Positions 24,279-34,300 of a stretch of 64,000 bases of DNA are shown piece after piece. Source of the DNA: a virus. Under the pieces are notes generated by a model. It made no database searches. It saw nothing but the letters and a program-made list of their open reading frames with translations, and was not told the DNA's origin. The position numbers were made by a program, and so were the translations under genes. The stretch is taken from IMG/VR virus record IMGVR_UViG_3300045988_106519, positions 32,001 to 96,000 of that record; one strand, 5' to 3'. Positions within the stretch are counted from its first letter, which is position 1. Every line of letters begins with the position of its first letter.

Positions 24279-24554
24279 ATTAATTTAAATAATTGGTAGG
24301 AGTAATTGTACTTCTAAAAATAATAGAAGGCAATGTAAATGTAGAGAAGACTTAACATAGTAAATGTAAATTAATATGATGTAATACGTAAATTCATTAT
24401 TTGAGTTTGTGTGAGTGAATTAATGTATACAAAGGTATATATTATTTGAATAATGTAAGTATAAGTAAATAAGACAAATTAAAATATCTCATTTAAAGTT
24501 TGTTAATATGAAAAGTATTAACAGATTTACTATGCCAATTTAAGAGAAAAATTG

Positions 24555-24573
24555 TATATTTGCAGTACTTAAA
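24555..24573 (+). promoter_or_regulatory. -7 promoter box TATATTTG, extended as TATATTTGCAGTACTTAAA; candidate promoter of the virion-module operon
   Basis: Matches TAnnTTTG. 17 of 19 positions identical to 21982..22000. Confidence 0.5.
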
Positions 24574-24650
24574 CCAACAATTATAAATAACTATAAAATA
24601 GTGTGTTATGAAAGTTGGTTAAAGTAAAACTTTAAGTAAAATCAAATGTT

Positions 24651-24866
24651 ATGGTGGCAATAAAAAAGACAAGAAGCAGGGATGAACTGAGGTGGCAGGC
24701 TGAGAGTGATGCTCAAACAATGGCAACCTATCAAGAAATACTTAGTGATAAGGCAAGAATGAATAGGGCTATTAAGGTAGCAAAATCTCAGGCAGCAGAT
24801 CTTACAAAGAGAGTTAATGCTCTACAGAGTGTATCAAGGACAAAATCATCATCTAAAAGAAAGTAG
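24651..24866 (+). CDS. small basic helical protein
   Basis: ORF track; first gene of the plus-strand block. Confidence 0.6.
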   Translation: MVAIKKTRSRDELRWQAESDAQTMATYQEILSDKARMNRAIKVAKSQAADLTKRVNALQSVSRTKSSSKRK

Positions 24867-24869
24867 ATT

Positions 24870-25058
24870 ATGTGTGAGCAAGAAGGCAAAACTGTACAGA
24901 AAATACAGATGGACTATATACAAGCATCTTCATTAAGAGAGCTTTTGAATAAAGTCAATAGTTATAACAGTGATTATCCTGAATGTGCAATACTGAAGGA
25001 AGATATAGTTGAAATCCTCAAGGAAGAAGAGACATTCATTATGCTTTATTATAGATAA
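24870..25058 (+). CDS. hypothetical protein
   Basis: ORF track. Confidence 0.55.
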   Translation: MCEQEGKTVQKIQMDYIQASSLRELLNKVNSYNSDYPECAILKEDIVEILKEEETFIMLYYR

Positions 25059-25102
25059 TGTAGTATATATAATAATGTGTAACTATCTAATCAGATATAA
25101 GT

Positions 25103-25537
25103 ATGGCAAAGCAAGAGAGTATAAATGAGATGGAACTTGACACAGTGGACTTCTGTTCAAAGTGTTATTCCCTAAAAATAAAGTATGAGGATTCCATTGG
25201 TATGGATTGCTGTGAGGACTGTGGCTGTACTGATTTCAAGACAGCATCTTTTGATGAATGGGAAAAACTGTATAAAGAAAGATACGGTCATAAATATGTA
25301 GAAGAAGTTGGGGACATTAGGAAGTCACCTATATTTCAGATGTCAAATGATAAACTGAAGATAAAGGTTTCTAATGATCCATCATGGAGGGAGATATGCA
25401 GAGCCATGTATCCTGCATTTCCAAATTGGCTCAGTAAGGCAGACTCTATTATACTATTGTTTGCAAAGTTGTATCAAGAAAACAGATTGGATGATTTAAG
25501 AATGGAGCTTATAAACAGAAGTAATAACAAACACTAA
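25103..25537 (+). CDS. zinc-ribbon-containing hypothetical protein
   Basis: CSKC ... CEDCGC. Confidence 0.6.
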   Translation: MAKQESINEMELDTVDFCSKCYSLKIKYEDSIGMDCCEDCGCTDFKTASFDEWEKLYKERYGHKYVEEVGDIRKSPIFQMSNDKLKIKVSNDPSWREICRAMYPAFPNWLSKADSIILLFAKLYQENRLDDLRMELINRSNNKH

Positions 25538-25551
25538 AGGAGGAGAATAAA

Positions 25552-25815
25552 ATGGAAGAGCAGAAGAAACTTACATATGAGCAACTTAATGATGCCTGTA
25601 ATCAGTTATGGCAACAGAACAAGCAGCTTGTAAAGAGAAATAAGGAATTGGAACAGTTTGTTATGAACAAGAGACTTGATTATCTCTTTAAAGTGCTTGA
25701 ATGTAGTAAGGAATTTTCAAGTGATTTTATTGGAAACTGTGCAAGTGAAATTGAGGAAGCAATGACTATTCCTCAAGACATGGAATATAACAGCAAGGAG
25801 GAGAGACATGAATAA
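25552..25815 (+). CDS. coiled-coil hypothetical protein
   Basis: ORF track; SD-like AAGGAGGAG upstream. Confidence 0.6.
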   Translation: MEEQKKLTYEQLNDACNQLWQQNKQLVKRNKELEQFVMNKRLDYLFKVLECSKEFSSDFIGNCASEIEEAMTIPQDMEYNSKEERHE

Positions 25816-26230
25816 TACTGTTAATAAGCAAGGTCTACCAAAGCCAAACAATATAGTGACTATCTCCACTTCTCCAGGTATTGAGTTCTTTAAATGGTGG
25901 TGTATATTCCTCAGACCATTTATAAATCTCACAAATAGAGAGATAGATGTTATAGCCAGCTTCTTAAAGCAAAGATGGGAGTTGTCAAAAAGTATAAGCG
26001 ACCCTACTATTCTTGACAGTATGGTTATGAGTGAAACAATCAAAGGCAAGGTGATAGAGGAATGTCAAATGACACAGCAACACTTCTATGTGGTAATGAG
26101 TAATCTGAGAAAGAACAATATTATAGTAAATAATATCCTTAACCCCAGACTTGTACCAAATATAAGAAAGGATGATAATGGATGTTTTCAGCTACTTATA
26201 CTGTTCAAGGAAAACAAGAAGGCTGTATGA
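25808..26230 (+). CDS. hypothetical protein. Position is compatible with a small terminase or a DNA-binding regulator, but neither is demonstrated.
   Basis: ORF track. LTNREIDVIASFL is an HTH-like segment. Lies upstream of terL. Confidence 0.55.
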   Translation: MNNTVNKQGLPKPNNIVTISTSPGIEFFKWWCIFLRPFINLTNREIDVIASFLKQRWELSKSISDPTILDSMVMSETIKGKVIEECQMTQQHFYVVMSNLRKNNIIVNNILNPRLVPNIRKDDNGCFQLLILFKENKKAV

Positions 26231-26517
26231 CCTATGATGAGATTGTGATTGAAGTATCCAAGAGATTAGGACTCAGTAAAGAATTAGTCAATAAGACTTA
26301 TAAAGCTTATTGGAAATCTGTCAAGGAACACATAGCTTCTTTACCTCTGAAGAAAGATTTGTCAGATGAGGAGTTTATGAAGTTACAACCAAATGTGAAT
26401 ATACCTTCACTTGGTAAGTTCTGTGTCACCCTTGACAGATATAAAGTAATGACTAAAGCATTTAGAAACAAAACAAAAATAAAGGAGAAACAAGATGTTA
26501 CATGTAACAAAGATTAA
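26227..26517 (+). CDS. HU/IHF-like DNA-binding protein (start trimmed to MTYDEIV)
   Basis: MTYDEIVIEVSKRLGLSKELVNKTYKAYWKSVKEHI ... IPSLGKFCV parallels the HU pattern (helix-helix, then GFG.F beta arm). ATGA overlap upstream. Confidence 0.5.
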   Translation: MTYDEIVIEVSKRLGLSKELVNKTYKAYWKSVKEHIASLPLKKDLSDEEFMKLQPNVNIPSLGKFCVTLDRYKVMTKAFRNKTKIKEKQDVTCNKD

Positions 26518-26908
26518 ACCACTTTTTGACCACTTGCTTATTACAGCAGATAGATTTGAAAAGGATATGGTACATAATGGAGTTATCTTGGCAAACAAGG
26601 GAGACTTGAAATTATGGCAGACTGTAGTGGCTGTTGGTTCAGTAGTAAGGGACATCAAGGTAGGAGACAAGGTGATGATTAATTCAAATGATTTTGCTGT
26701 AAAGAAGTATAACAAGAACTCTGTGCAAAATGACTTGGACAACAATCCAGTACTGACATATAACTTCCCATTTGAGACTGTTGATGATGAAAAGGGAAAT
26801 CCAAAAGATTATCTCTATATCTCAGACAGGAATGTAAAATATGTGTTTGAGGGTATAGAGAAAGATGAATCACTGATATTGCCAGGAAAACCAAAGTTGA
26901 TAATATAA
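26495..26908 (+). CDS. GroES/gp31-like co-chaperonin
   Basis: IKPLFDHLLI....E......GVILA........Q.VVAVGS..RDIKVGDKVM follows the Cpn10 pattern. Confidence 0.6.
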   Translation: MLHVTKIKPLFDHLLITADRFEKDMVHNGVILANKGDLKLWQTVVAVGSVVRDIKVGDKVMINSNDFAVKKYNKNSVQNDLDNNPVLTYNFPFETVDDEKGNPKDYLYISDRNVKYVFEGIEKDESLILPGKPKLII

Positions 26909-26925
26909 GAGTAGAAGTTTGCAAT

Positions 26926-26956
26926 AGCCTAAGTTTTAATCGATTTAGGCTTTTTT
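26926..26956 (+). terminator. rho-independent terminator
   Basis: AGCCTAA ... TTAGGCT followed by TTTTT. Confidence 0.55.
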
Positions 26957-26972
26957 AGTTATAGAAAGAAGT

Positions 26973-29228
26973 ATGGAGAACATAAGATTTAACAAGTGTC
27001 AGACACCTTTGGAAGATTTGCATTTAGAGAAATATCCAAAAGAAGTGCAAGAGCAGTGGTGGGACACAATAAATAATGTACCTTTTATTAAATGGATGGT
27101 GTCTGAGGACAGACCATTGGTTTCAGAATTGCCAAGAGATAAGGAAGGCAAGGCAATAATAGACATAACACATCCACCTATTCTTGAGGGAAGTGATTAT
27201 TTCAGACCATCAGCATTGGCATATAAGAAGAACAAAGGAAGATATACAACTCTTAGACCAAATGCTAATCCAAACAGTGACTTTGGCAAGTGGTTGTATG
27301 AAGAGAGGAAGAGAGGATGGAATGGTTACTGCAATCCAAAGACAGGAATGTGGGTGACAGGAGATTACTACTGGATGCTTAACTTCTGCCCAATGCACCT
27401 TGTAGAGAAAAATAGTAATGGAGTAGCAATAAGAACAGTAGCTCATCCAAGGTTTTGGGATGGTCAGTTTCTTATGTCCCATTACCTTAACCAAGGCAGA
27501 ATACATGGACATCATGCTTCAACATTAGCTTCACGAGGAAGAGGAAAGACATCATTTGGTGCAGGACTGCTTTCAAGAAGATGTATAATAGGGGAGTCAG
27601 AGGAAAACTCAAAAGAAGTGCAGTGTATGGTAACAGCGGTGGATAGGACAAAACTGATGGATACTAATATGATACTAAAGGTATTTAAGGATAATCTTGA
27701 TCATTGTGCAAAGTACACACAGTTTGCTTCACACAGACTGAAATCCTCAGACCAAGAGATGGAATGGAAGATGGGATATAAGAAGGCAGGAAGTGAAATA
27801 GAATATGGAAGTAAGAACTCAGTATCAGGAATTATCTCAGGAGTAAATCAGGATAAATTGAATGGTTCACGTGGAGTGTTGTATCTTATTGAAGAGGCAG
27901 GTATTTTTAAGAATCTCCTTAGCATGTATAATATGATTAGACCTTCAGTAGAACAAGGCAATGATGTATTTGGAGAGATATTCTGTTATGGTACAGCAGG
28001 AGATGACCAAAGTGATTTCACTTCATTTGCAGAGATGTTCTATTCTCCAATAGGTTATAACATGGAAGCACTTGACAATGTGTATGATAAGGAAGGTCAG
28101 GGAAGAAAACAATGCTGTTTCTTTTATGGAGCCTATATGAATTATGCAGATGATTGTATAGATGAAGATGGTAATTCAGATATTACAAAGTCATTATTGC
28201 TTATATTGTATGACAGATACAAGACAAAATATGGTTCTATAGATGTGAATACCATTACAAAACGTATATCACAGTATCCTATAGTGCCACAGGAAGCTAT
28301 GATAAGAAGTCATAGTAATGTGTTTCCAGTAACAGAACTTAATGAGAGACTTAATCAGATAGACAATAATCCAGATGAATATGCAGACACTTATGTGGGA
28401 AAGCTTGTGCAGGATAATAAGACAGGAGAAGTGAAGTTTAATCCTACTGTAGATATTCCGATAAGAGATTTTCCTACCAAAGATAACAAAGTGACTGGAG
28501 CTATTGAAATATTTGAGATGCCAAAGAAAGGTAGTGATGGTAAGGTACCCTTTGGCAGGTATATATGTTCTTGTGACCCTTATGACAGTGATGTTTCAAA
28601 TACAATGTCATTAGGTTCTATCTTTATATTGGACTTATGGACAGACATGTTAGTAGCAGAATATACTGGAAGACCGCCCTTTGCAGAAGACTTCTATGAA
28701 ATATGTAGGTTGATATGTTTGTTTTATAATTGTAGGTGTATGTATGAGCAGAATATTATGGGAATGTTTTCATACTTTAGTTCACATAATTCAACACATC
28801 TATTAGCAGAAACACCAGAATATCTTGTGCAGAGAAATATGATAGGAGGTATAGGATATGGTAATAAGGCAGTAGGAATTAGAGCTACCACACCTATTAT
28901 AAATGGTGCTTTCAAGATGATACAGACATGGTTGAGGAAACCAGTAATAATTATAAAGACAGATGCAGAAGGAAACAATATAGAAGTGACAATACCAAAT
29001 CTCTATAGGATAAAGAATAGAGCATTGCTGAAAGAACTTGTGCTATGGAATCCACAGGGAAACTTTGATAGAGTGATGAGCCTTGTGCAGTTGATGTTAT
29101 ATAGAGAAGAGAAACTTGTGCTTGGTCACGGTGACTTGAGGAGTTCAGAGACAGTTAGCAGTGGAATGGAGAATGATGATTATTGGGAGAAGAACTATCC
29201 AGGAAAAAAGAAAGTAATGGTGTGGTAA
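26973..29228 (+). CDS. terL: terminase large subunit
   Basis: Walker A ASRGRGKTS, Walker B VLYLIEEAG, and a C-terminal nuclease-like acidic motif CSCDPYDSD. The 751-aa size is typical of crAss-like TerL. Confidence 0.85.
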   Translation: MENIRFNKCQTPLEDLHLEKYPKEVQEQWWDTINNVPFIKWMVSEDRPLVSELPRDKEGKAIIDITHPPILEGSDYFRPSALAYKKNKGRYTTLRPNANPNSDFGKWLYEERKRGWNGYCNPKTGMWVTGDYYWMLNFCPMHLVEKNSNGVAIRTVAHPRFWDGQFLMSHYLNQGRIHGHHASTLASRGRGKTSFGAGLLSRRCIIGESEENSKEVQCMVTAVDRTKLMDTNMILKVFKDNLDHCAKYTQFASHRLKSSDQEMEWKMGYKKAGSEIEYGSKNSVSGIISGVNQDKLNGSRGVLYLIEEAGIFKNLLSMYNMIRPSVEQGNDVFGEIFCYGTAGDDQSDFTSFAEMFYSPIGYNMEALDNVYDKEGQGRKQCCFFYGAYMNYADDCIDEDGNSDITKSLLLILYDRYKTKYGSIDVNTITKRISQYPIVPQEAMIRSHSNVFPVTELNERLNQIDNNPDEYADTYVGKLVQDNKTGEVKFNPTVDIPIRDFPTKDNKVTGAIEIFEMPKKGSDGKVPFGRYICSCDPYDSDVSNTMSLGSIFILDLWTDMLVAEYTGRPPFAEDFYEICRLICLFYNCRCMYEQNIMGMFSYFSSHNSTHLLAETPEYLVQRNMIGGIGYGNKAVGIRATTPIINGAFKMIQTWLRKPVIIIKTDAEGNNIEVTIPNLYRIKNRALLKELVLWNPQGNFDRVMSLVQLMLYREEKLVLGHGDLRSSETVSSGMENDDYWEKNYPGKKKVMVW

Positions 29229-29352
29229 AGTAACGAGTTGTATAAGAGGATTTTTTATGAAGGCTTAGAGAAAAAATAAGGAATAATATTAAGCATTGAT
29301 GTTTTTGTACTTTTGTGGAAAAGAAGAATGTAGAACTAAAGAGAAGAAAAGT

Positions 29353-30540
29353 ATGGAAGCATTAAGTTTTGACAATATTTTGGGTGAGAATGAGATTGAT
29401 ACCCTATTCACAGACCCAGAAGATACTACTGCTCAAGAAGAGCAAGACAACTCAGAAGAAGAGAATAATGATAATCCTCTTGATTCTGATAAGGAAAAGA
29501 ATGAGAAAGAAACTACTGAGGTTGTTGACCCTGAGACCATGTTTGAAGAAGAGACACCAGAGAGCGTAAGTAGTGGAAAAGATAAAGAAGGTAAGGAAGA
29601 TACTGTCACTGACGGGGAAGCAGATGGCACTTCTCCAAACAATAACTTCTACTCTTCCATTGCCAACGCCTTGGCTGTGGATGGTATCTTTCCTAACCTT
29701 GATGATGAGACAGTGAAGAAGGCAGTTGATGCTGAGTCTTTCAGTGATTTGATAGAAGCAGAAATCAATGCTAGGTTTGATGAAAAACAACAAAGGATTT
29801 CAAAGGCTCTTGAGAATGGAGTAGAGCCAACTGATATTAGGAAGTATGAGAGTACCCTTGACTACATCAACAAGATAACAGATGCAGCTATTGCTGAAGA
29901 GAGTGAGAAGGGAGAGCAATTGAGGTATAATCTTATCTATCAAGACTTCTTGAATAAAGGAATGTCAGCAGACAAGGCAAAGAAGTACACAGATAGAACT
30001 ATTAATGCAGGAACAGATGTTGAAGATGCTAAGGAAGCCTTGCTAAGTAACAAGGAATACTTTAGTAATGAGTACAACAAACTACTTCAAGAGGCACAGC
30101 AGCAAGCAGATGAGGAAAAAGCAGATAGAGCAAAGCAGGCAAAGCAGTTGCAGACATCTCTTTTGAAAGACAAGAATCTGTTTGGTAATATGGAAATCAG
30201 CAATGATATTAGGAAGAAAGCCTTTGAAACAATATCCAAACCAGTGTATAAAGACCCAGAGACAGGAGATTATTTAACAGCTCTTCAGAAGTATGAGATG
30301 GAGCATAAAGCAGATCTTCTTAAATACACAGGTCTCATCTTTGCAATGACCAATGGCTTCAAGGACTTTGATTCCTTTGCCAAAGGTAAGGTTAAGAAAG
30401 AAATGAAAAAAGGTCTTAGAGATTTAGAGAAAACCCTGAACAACACATCAAGGTCGAAGGATGGTAACCTAAGAATGATAACCAATCAGAGGGAAGATCC
30501 AGACTCCTTTATTAGTAAGGGGATGAAGCTTGATTTGTAA
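29353..30540 (+). CDS. acidic, all-helical protein; scaffolding-protein candidate (start trimmed to MEALSF)
   Basis: D/E-rich N-terminus and long predicted helices or coiled coil. Lies directly upstream of the 507-aa capsid/portal candidate. Confidence 0.45.
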   Translation: MEALSFDNILGENEIDTLFTDPEDTTAQEEQDNSEEENNDNPLDSDKEKNEKETTEVVDPETMFEEETPESVSSGKDKEGKEDTVTDGEADGTSPNNNFYSSIANALAVDGIFPNLDDETVKKAVDAESFSDLIEAEINARFDEKQQRISKALENGVEPTDIRKYESTLDYINKITDAAIAEESEKGEQLRYNLIYQDFLNKGMSADKAKKYTDRTINAGTDVEDAKEALLSNKEYFSNEYNKLLQEAQQQADEEKADRAKQAKQLQTSLLKDKNLFGNMEISNDIRKKAFETISKPVYKDPETGDYLTALQKYEMEHKADLLKYTGLIFAMTNGFKDFDSFAKGKVKKEMKKGLRDLEKTLNNTSRSKDGNLRMITNQREDPDSFISKGMKLDL

Positions 30541-30583
30541 GACCATGAAAAACAAATTTATAAATGCTTAATGTAAATAAAAA

Positions 30584-32107
30584 ATGGCCGGAAAATTAGG
30601 TAAATTCCAGAAGCAGACATTTAGCCATTGGAAGGGTACAACTAAGGCAAATCATCTTGGTGGTATTTTCCAGATGCAGCCACAGAGGGCAACATCCTTG
30701 ATGGTACAGCTGCTTGCTTGGCATAAAGGTAAGACCCTTGAAACATTTTTGTCACAATTTCCAACAAAGTCTTTTGACAATGATGATGAGTACACATGGG
30801 ATATTTGTGGTAGTTCATCAAGGAACATTCCATTGGTAGAGGCAAGGGATGCAGATGGTATAGATGTATCAGCAACTTCACGTAATGGAGCAAATGTTGG
30901 TGTGAATGGTGAGCCATTCTACTTGGTGTTTGCAGAAGATTGGTTTGCTGATGGTGAGGTAATTGTTGGTGAGCGCAATGAAGTATATCCTATTAGGGTG
31001 CTTGCAGATGGTAGGAATGAGGGAACCAACACTGTATACAAGGTAGAGTTGATGGGTGGTATCACCTCTGGTATTCCAGTAGAAGAGCTGCTTGCAGGAA
31101 AGAGGTTCTCAGTTGACTTTGCCCCAGTAGAAAAGGACTTCTCTCGTAAGGTTGGTGATGTACGCTTCTCAAGTCCTATAGCAATGAGGAATGAGTTTAC
31201 AACCATTCGTATTCATACCAAAATAGCAGGCTCAATGATTAATAAGAAAGTAGCCTTTGGTATTCCTATTGTAAAAGAGACAAATGGTCGCTATGTGAAG
31301 GACACTGTAAACATGTGGATGCACTATGAGCAGTGGGAGCTTGAACAGCAGTGGAGTGATTATAAAAACAATATGCTTGCTTATGGTCGCTCAAATAGAA
31401 ATATGAATGGTGAGTACCTTAATATTGGTAAGAGTGGTGAGGTAATTCGTATGGGAGCAGGTCTTTATGAGCAGATGGAGGCAGCTAATACTTTTACTTA
31501 TAACACCTTCTCATTGAAACTTATTGAAGATGCTCTCTATGAGTTATCAGCAGCAAAGCTTGGTATGGAAGATCGTACATTTGTAATCCAGACAGGTGAG
31601 CGAGGAGCTATTCAGTTCCATAAGGCAGTGCTTAACACTGTAAGTGGTTGGAAAGCATTTACAATTAATGGAGACCAGATAGATATGGTAAGGAAGGTAC
31701 AGTCGCCATTGCATAAGAATGCTTTGTCAGCAGGCTTCCAGTTTGTAGAGTTCCAAGCACCAAATGGTGTAACTGTACAAATTAAGGTTGATTCTCGATA
31801 TGATGACCCAGTGCGTAATAAGATTATGCATCCAAATGGAGGACCTGCTTATTCTTATAGGTACGACATCTTTGACATGGGTAACATGGACCAGCCAAAC
31901 ATCTTTAAGTGTGGTGTAAAGGGTATGGAAGGTGACTTGACATCTTATGAGTGGGGTCTAAGAAATCCATTTACAGGTCAGATGGGTAATCCAAATGCTT
32001 CACATGATGAGGATTCAGCAACCGTCCACAAGATGACAACAATGGGCATATGTGTGCTTGATCCAAAAAGGACATTGAGTTTGATACCAGCTATTTTGGT
32101 AGCTTAA
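30584..32107 (+). CDS. major head component: major capsid protein candidate (portal not excluded)
   Basis: 507 aa of mixed alpha/beta sequence following the scaffold-like gene. No diagnostic motif is visible by eye. Confidence 0.45.
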   Translation: MAGKLGKFQKQTFSHWKGTTKANHLGGIFQMQPQRATSLMVQLLAWHKGKTLETFLSQFPTKSFDNDDEYTWDICGSSSRNIPLVEARDADGIDVSATSRNGANVGVNGEPFYLVFAEDWFADGEVIVGERNEVYPIRVLADGRNEGTNTVYKVELMGGITSGIPVEELLAGKRFSVDFAPVEKDFSRKVGDVRFSSPIAMRNEFTTIRIHTKIAGSMINKKVAFGIPIVKETNGRYVKDTVNMWMHYEQWELEQQWSDYKNNMLAYGRSNRNMNGEYLNIGKSGEVIRMGAGLYEQMEAANTFTYNTFSLKLIEDALYELSAAKLGMEDRTFVIQTGERGAIQFHKAVLNTVSGWKAFTINGDQIDMVRKVQSPLHKNALSAGFQFVEFQAPNGVTVQIKVDSRYDDPVRNKIMHPNGGPAYSYRYDIFDMGNMDQPNIFKCGVKGMEGDLTSYEWGLRNPFTGQMGNPNASHDEDSATVHKMTTMGICVLDPKRTLSLIPAILVA

Positions 32108-32201
32108 GATATAGAAAGAGGCAGTGAGGGAGTAAGACTCCCTCCTGTACTCTAACTAAAGTAAAACAAAAACAAAAAACAAAATAAAAGGAGAAGTTGA
32201 A

Positions 32202-33245
32202 ATGGGAAGAGTTAAGAAGGAAGAAAATCCAAATACAGAGACAATTATGCAGGATGTAGAATTGGATGTGACACCACAGGAGGAAATGAAAACAGAAATT
32301 CCGTTGCCTAAGACAGAAACAAAGCCAAGTTATAGGGAGAAGAAAGAACCGAGCTATAGTAATGAGACAGTGAACTGCTTGAGGAATGAGCGCATTATAG
32401 TAAGGTTTGTTCCAAGTCCTACAGCAATGGTGCAGCGGAAGGGACATATTCTGTATGGAGGTATGGCAGAGAATGCAATAAGAAGCTTTGTAGTGCCAAG
32501 GCTCAGTAAGACAGGTATGTTCAAGAATGTTCTTACAGATAGTGAGAAATCCTTCTTGGAGAAGGCAATGGGATTGGAAATCAATGCTCTCAGTATCTAT
32601 AAGAAAGAAAACAACTTCTGGGATGACAGTAATCCAAATGGTATAGGTAGAGTGACACTGCATAAACAAGATAACTATCTTGACCTAAGTATTCCAGAAC
32701 AGTACATACAGTATAAGATTCTGCTTGCCAACAAGGATTATATTGCAGCGTCAATGGAGGAACTTGAGGAAAGACCAAAGGCAACATATCAGTTTGTGAT
32801 TATCTCTGAAGGTGCAGAGGCACAGAAGAATCTCAGCAGGATGGACATTACAATGGAATGCTATACAGAATATGGTGCTGTAAAGAGAGACAAGAATACC
32901 CTCAAGACCATTATAGAGCAGCTTGAGAAACGTCCTATTAGTCCTAATGTGAAGATAGACTACTTGCAGAATAAGGTTAATAATTATATTCAGGCAGATC
33001 CACGTAAGTTCTATACAGTGATTACAGACGAGTATCTTCCTGCAAAGGTTCTTATTAAGAGAGCTGTAGAGGCAGGACTTGTAGGAACAAAGAATAATAC
33101 ATACTATCTGCGTAAGGATGGTTCTCCATTGTGTGAAATGAATGAGGAGAGCACATTGAACAATGCAGCCAAGTATATTAGTTCTATCAAGCATCAAGAA
33201 CTGAAGTATATGTTGGAAGCACAGATAAAAGAGGCAGAAGAATAA
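32202..33245 (+). CDS. virion-module protein of unknown role
   Basis: ORF track; SD-like AAAGGAGAAG upstream. Confidence 0.6.
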   Translation: MGRVKKEENPNTETIMQDVELDVTPQEEMKTEIPLPKTETKPSYREKKEPSYSNETVNCLRNERIIVRFVPSPTAMVQRKGHILYGGMAENAIRSFVVPRLSKTGMFKNVLTDSEKSFLEKAMGLEINALSIYKKENNFWDDSNPNGIGRVTLHKQDNYLDLSIPEQYIQYKILLANKDYIAASMEELEERPKATYQFVIISEGAEAQKNLSRMDITMECYTEYGAVKRDKNTLKTIIEQLEKRPISPNVKIDYLQNKVNNYIQADPRKFYTVITDEYLPAKVLIKRAVEAGLVGTKNNTYYLRKDGSPLCEMNEESTLNNAAKYISSIKHQELKYMLEAQIKEAEE

Positions 33246-33356
33246 ATTTAATCATATTGAGATTTGAAGAGAAGTATTGAGTGTGATAGAGTTGTTGCCT
33301 ATTCTTATTAAACATTTGATACTTCCTTCATATTTCCTTTTTAAAGCTATAAAGAT

Positions 33357-34283
33357 ATGTCAGTAGAAGAGATGGATAATATGTTTGATGTGTTATATAA
33401 CAATATAACCTCAAATCAAGCACCAGGATTAAATGCATATGAGAAGAGTGTCTTCCTTACCAAAGGTCAGGATGAGACTCTTAAGAACTACTTTAATCCC
33501 AAGAGTAAAGGTAACAATACCCAAGATGGTTTTGACGGTAGTGCTAAGAGACAAGTAGATTTTTCCATGCTCACTACTGTAGCTACAACAAGCACAACTT
33601 CTTACTCTTACACTCTTGTGTCTGATAAAACAGATAAGAATGGTAATCCTGTATATTCAAGAGTAGAAGTTTCCAGCATTATACCTAAATCTACCTATAG
33701 CTATACAGAAGCTTATGATTCAGATGGTAAGGTATTGAAGGATGCTATAGGAAATATACTTTATGTAAAGAATGAGGGAACAGATGTTTCAGGTTTTGAC
33801 ACACCATTGTTTGACACACGACCAAATAGCAAGAGTATTACCTTACCTTCAAAGCTTATGTTTGCCATCAATGAAATGGTGGAGGTAAACAGGAACAATA
33901 AAACCACTCTCTTGCAGGTAGTGCCAGTTAAGTTTGATGAATATTCAAGGTTGATGTGTAAGCCATATAAGAGACCTTTGAAATATCAGGCATGGAGGCT
34001 TACTAATAATAATGTAGTGAATAAGGCGGATATTGTAGTAGGACCCTCAGACACACTTACTAAATATACTATCAGATATGTAAGGAGACCAAATCCAATC
34101 ATTGTATCAAACCTTGATGGACTTTCGATTGAAGGTAAAGAAGACAAGACGGAGTGTGAGTTGGACCCAATACTTCATGAGGAGATACTTCAGAGAGCAG
34201 TAGAGCTTGCGAAGATAGCTTGGACAAACACAGGTCAAGATAATTTACAAGCAGTAATGCAAGCAGGTCAGAGGAGTGAGTAA
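33357..34283 (+). CDS. head-tail adaptor/connector-like protein, paralog of 34301..35026
   Basis: Shared N-terminus (F..L.N......YEKSV.LTK.Q.E) and C-terminus (V.PVK.DEY ... Y.IRY.......V..L.DGLS.EG......C.L....H..IL.RAV.LA). Confidence 0.55.
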   Translation: MSVEEMDNMFDVLYNNITSNQAPGLNAYEKSVFLTKGQDETLKNYFNPKSKGNNTQDGFDGSAKRQVDFSMLTTVATTSTTSYSYTLVSDKTDKNGNPVYSRVEVSSIIPKSTYSYTEAYDSDGKVLKDAIGNILYVKNEGTDVSGFDTPLFDTRPNSKSITLPSKLMFAINEMVEVNRNNKTTLLQVVPVKFDEYSRLMCKPYKRPLKYQAWRLTNNNVVNKADIVVGPSDTLTKYTIRYVRRPNPIIVSNLDGLSIEGKEDKTECELDPILHEEILQRAVELAKIAWTNTGQDNLQAVMQAGQRSE

Positions 34284-34300
34284 CCATAAACAATAATGAT

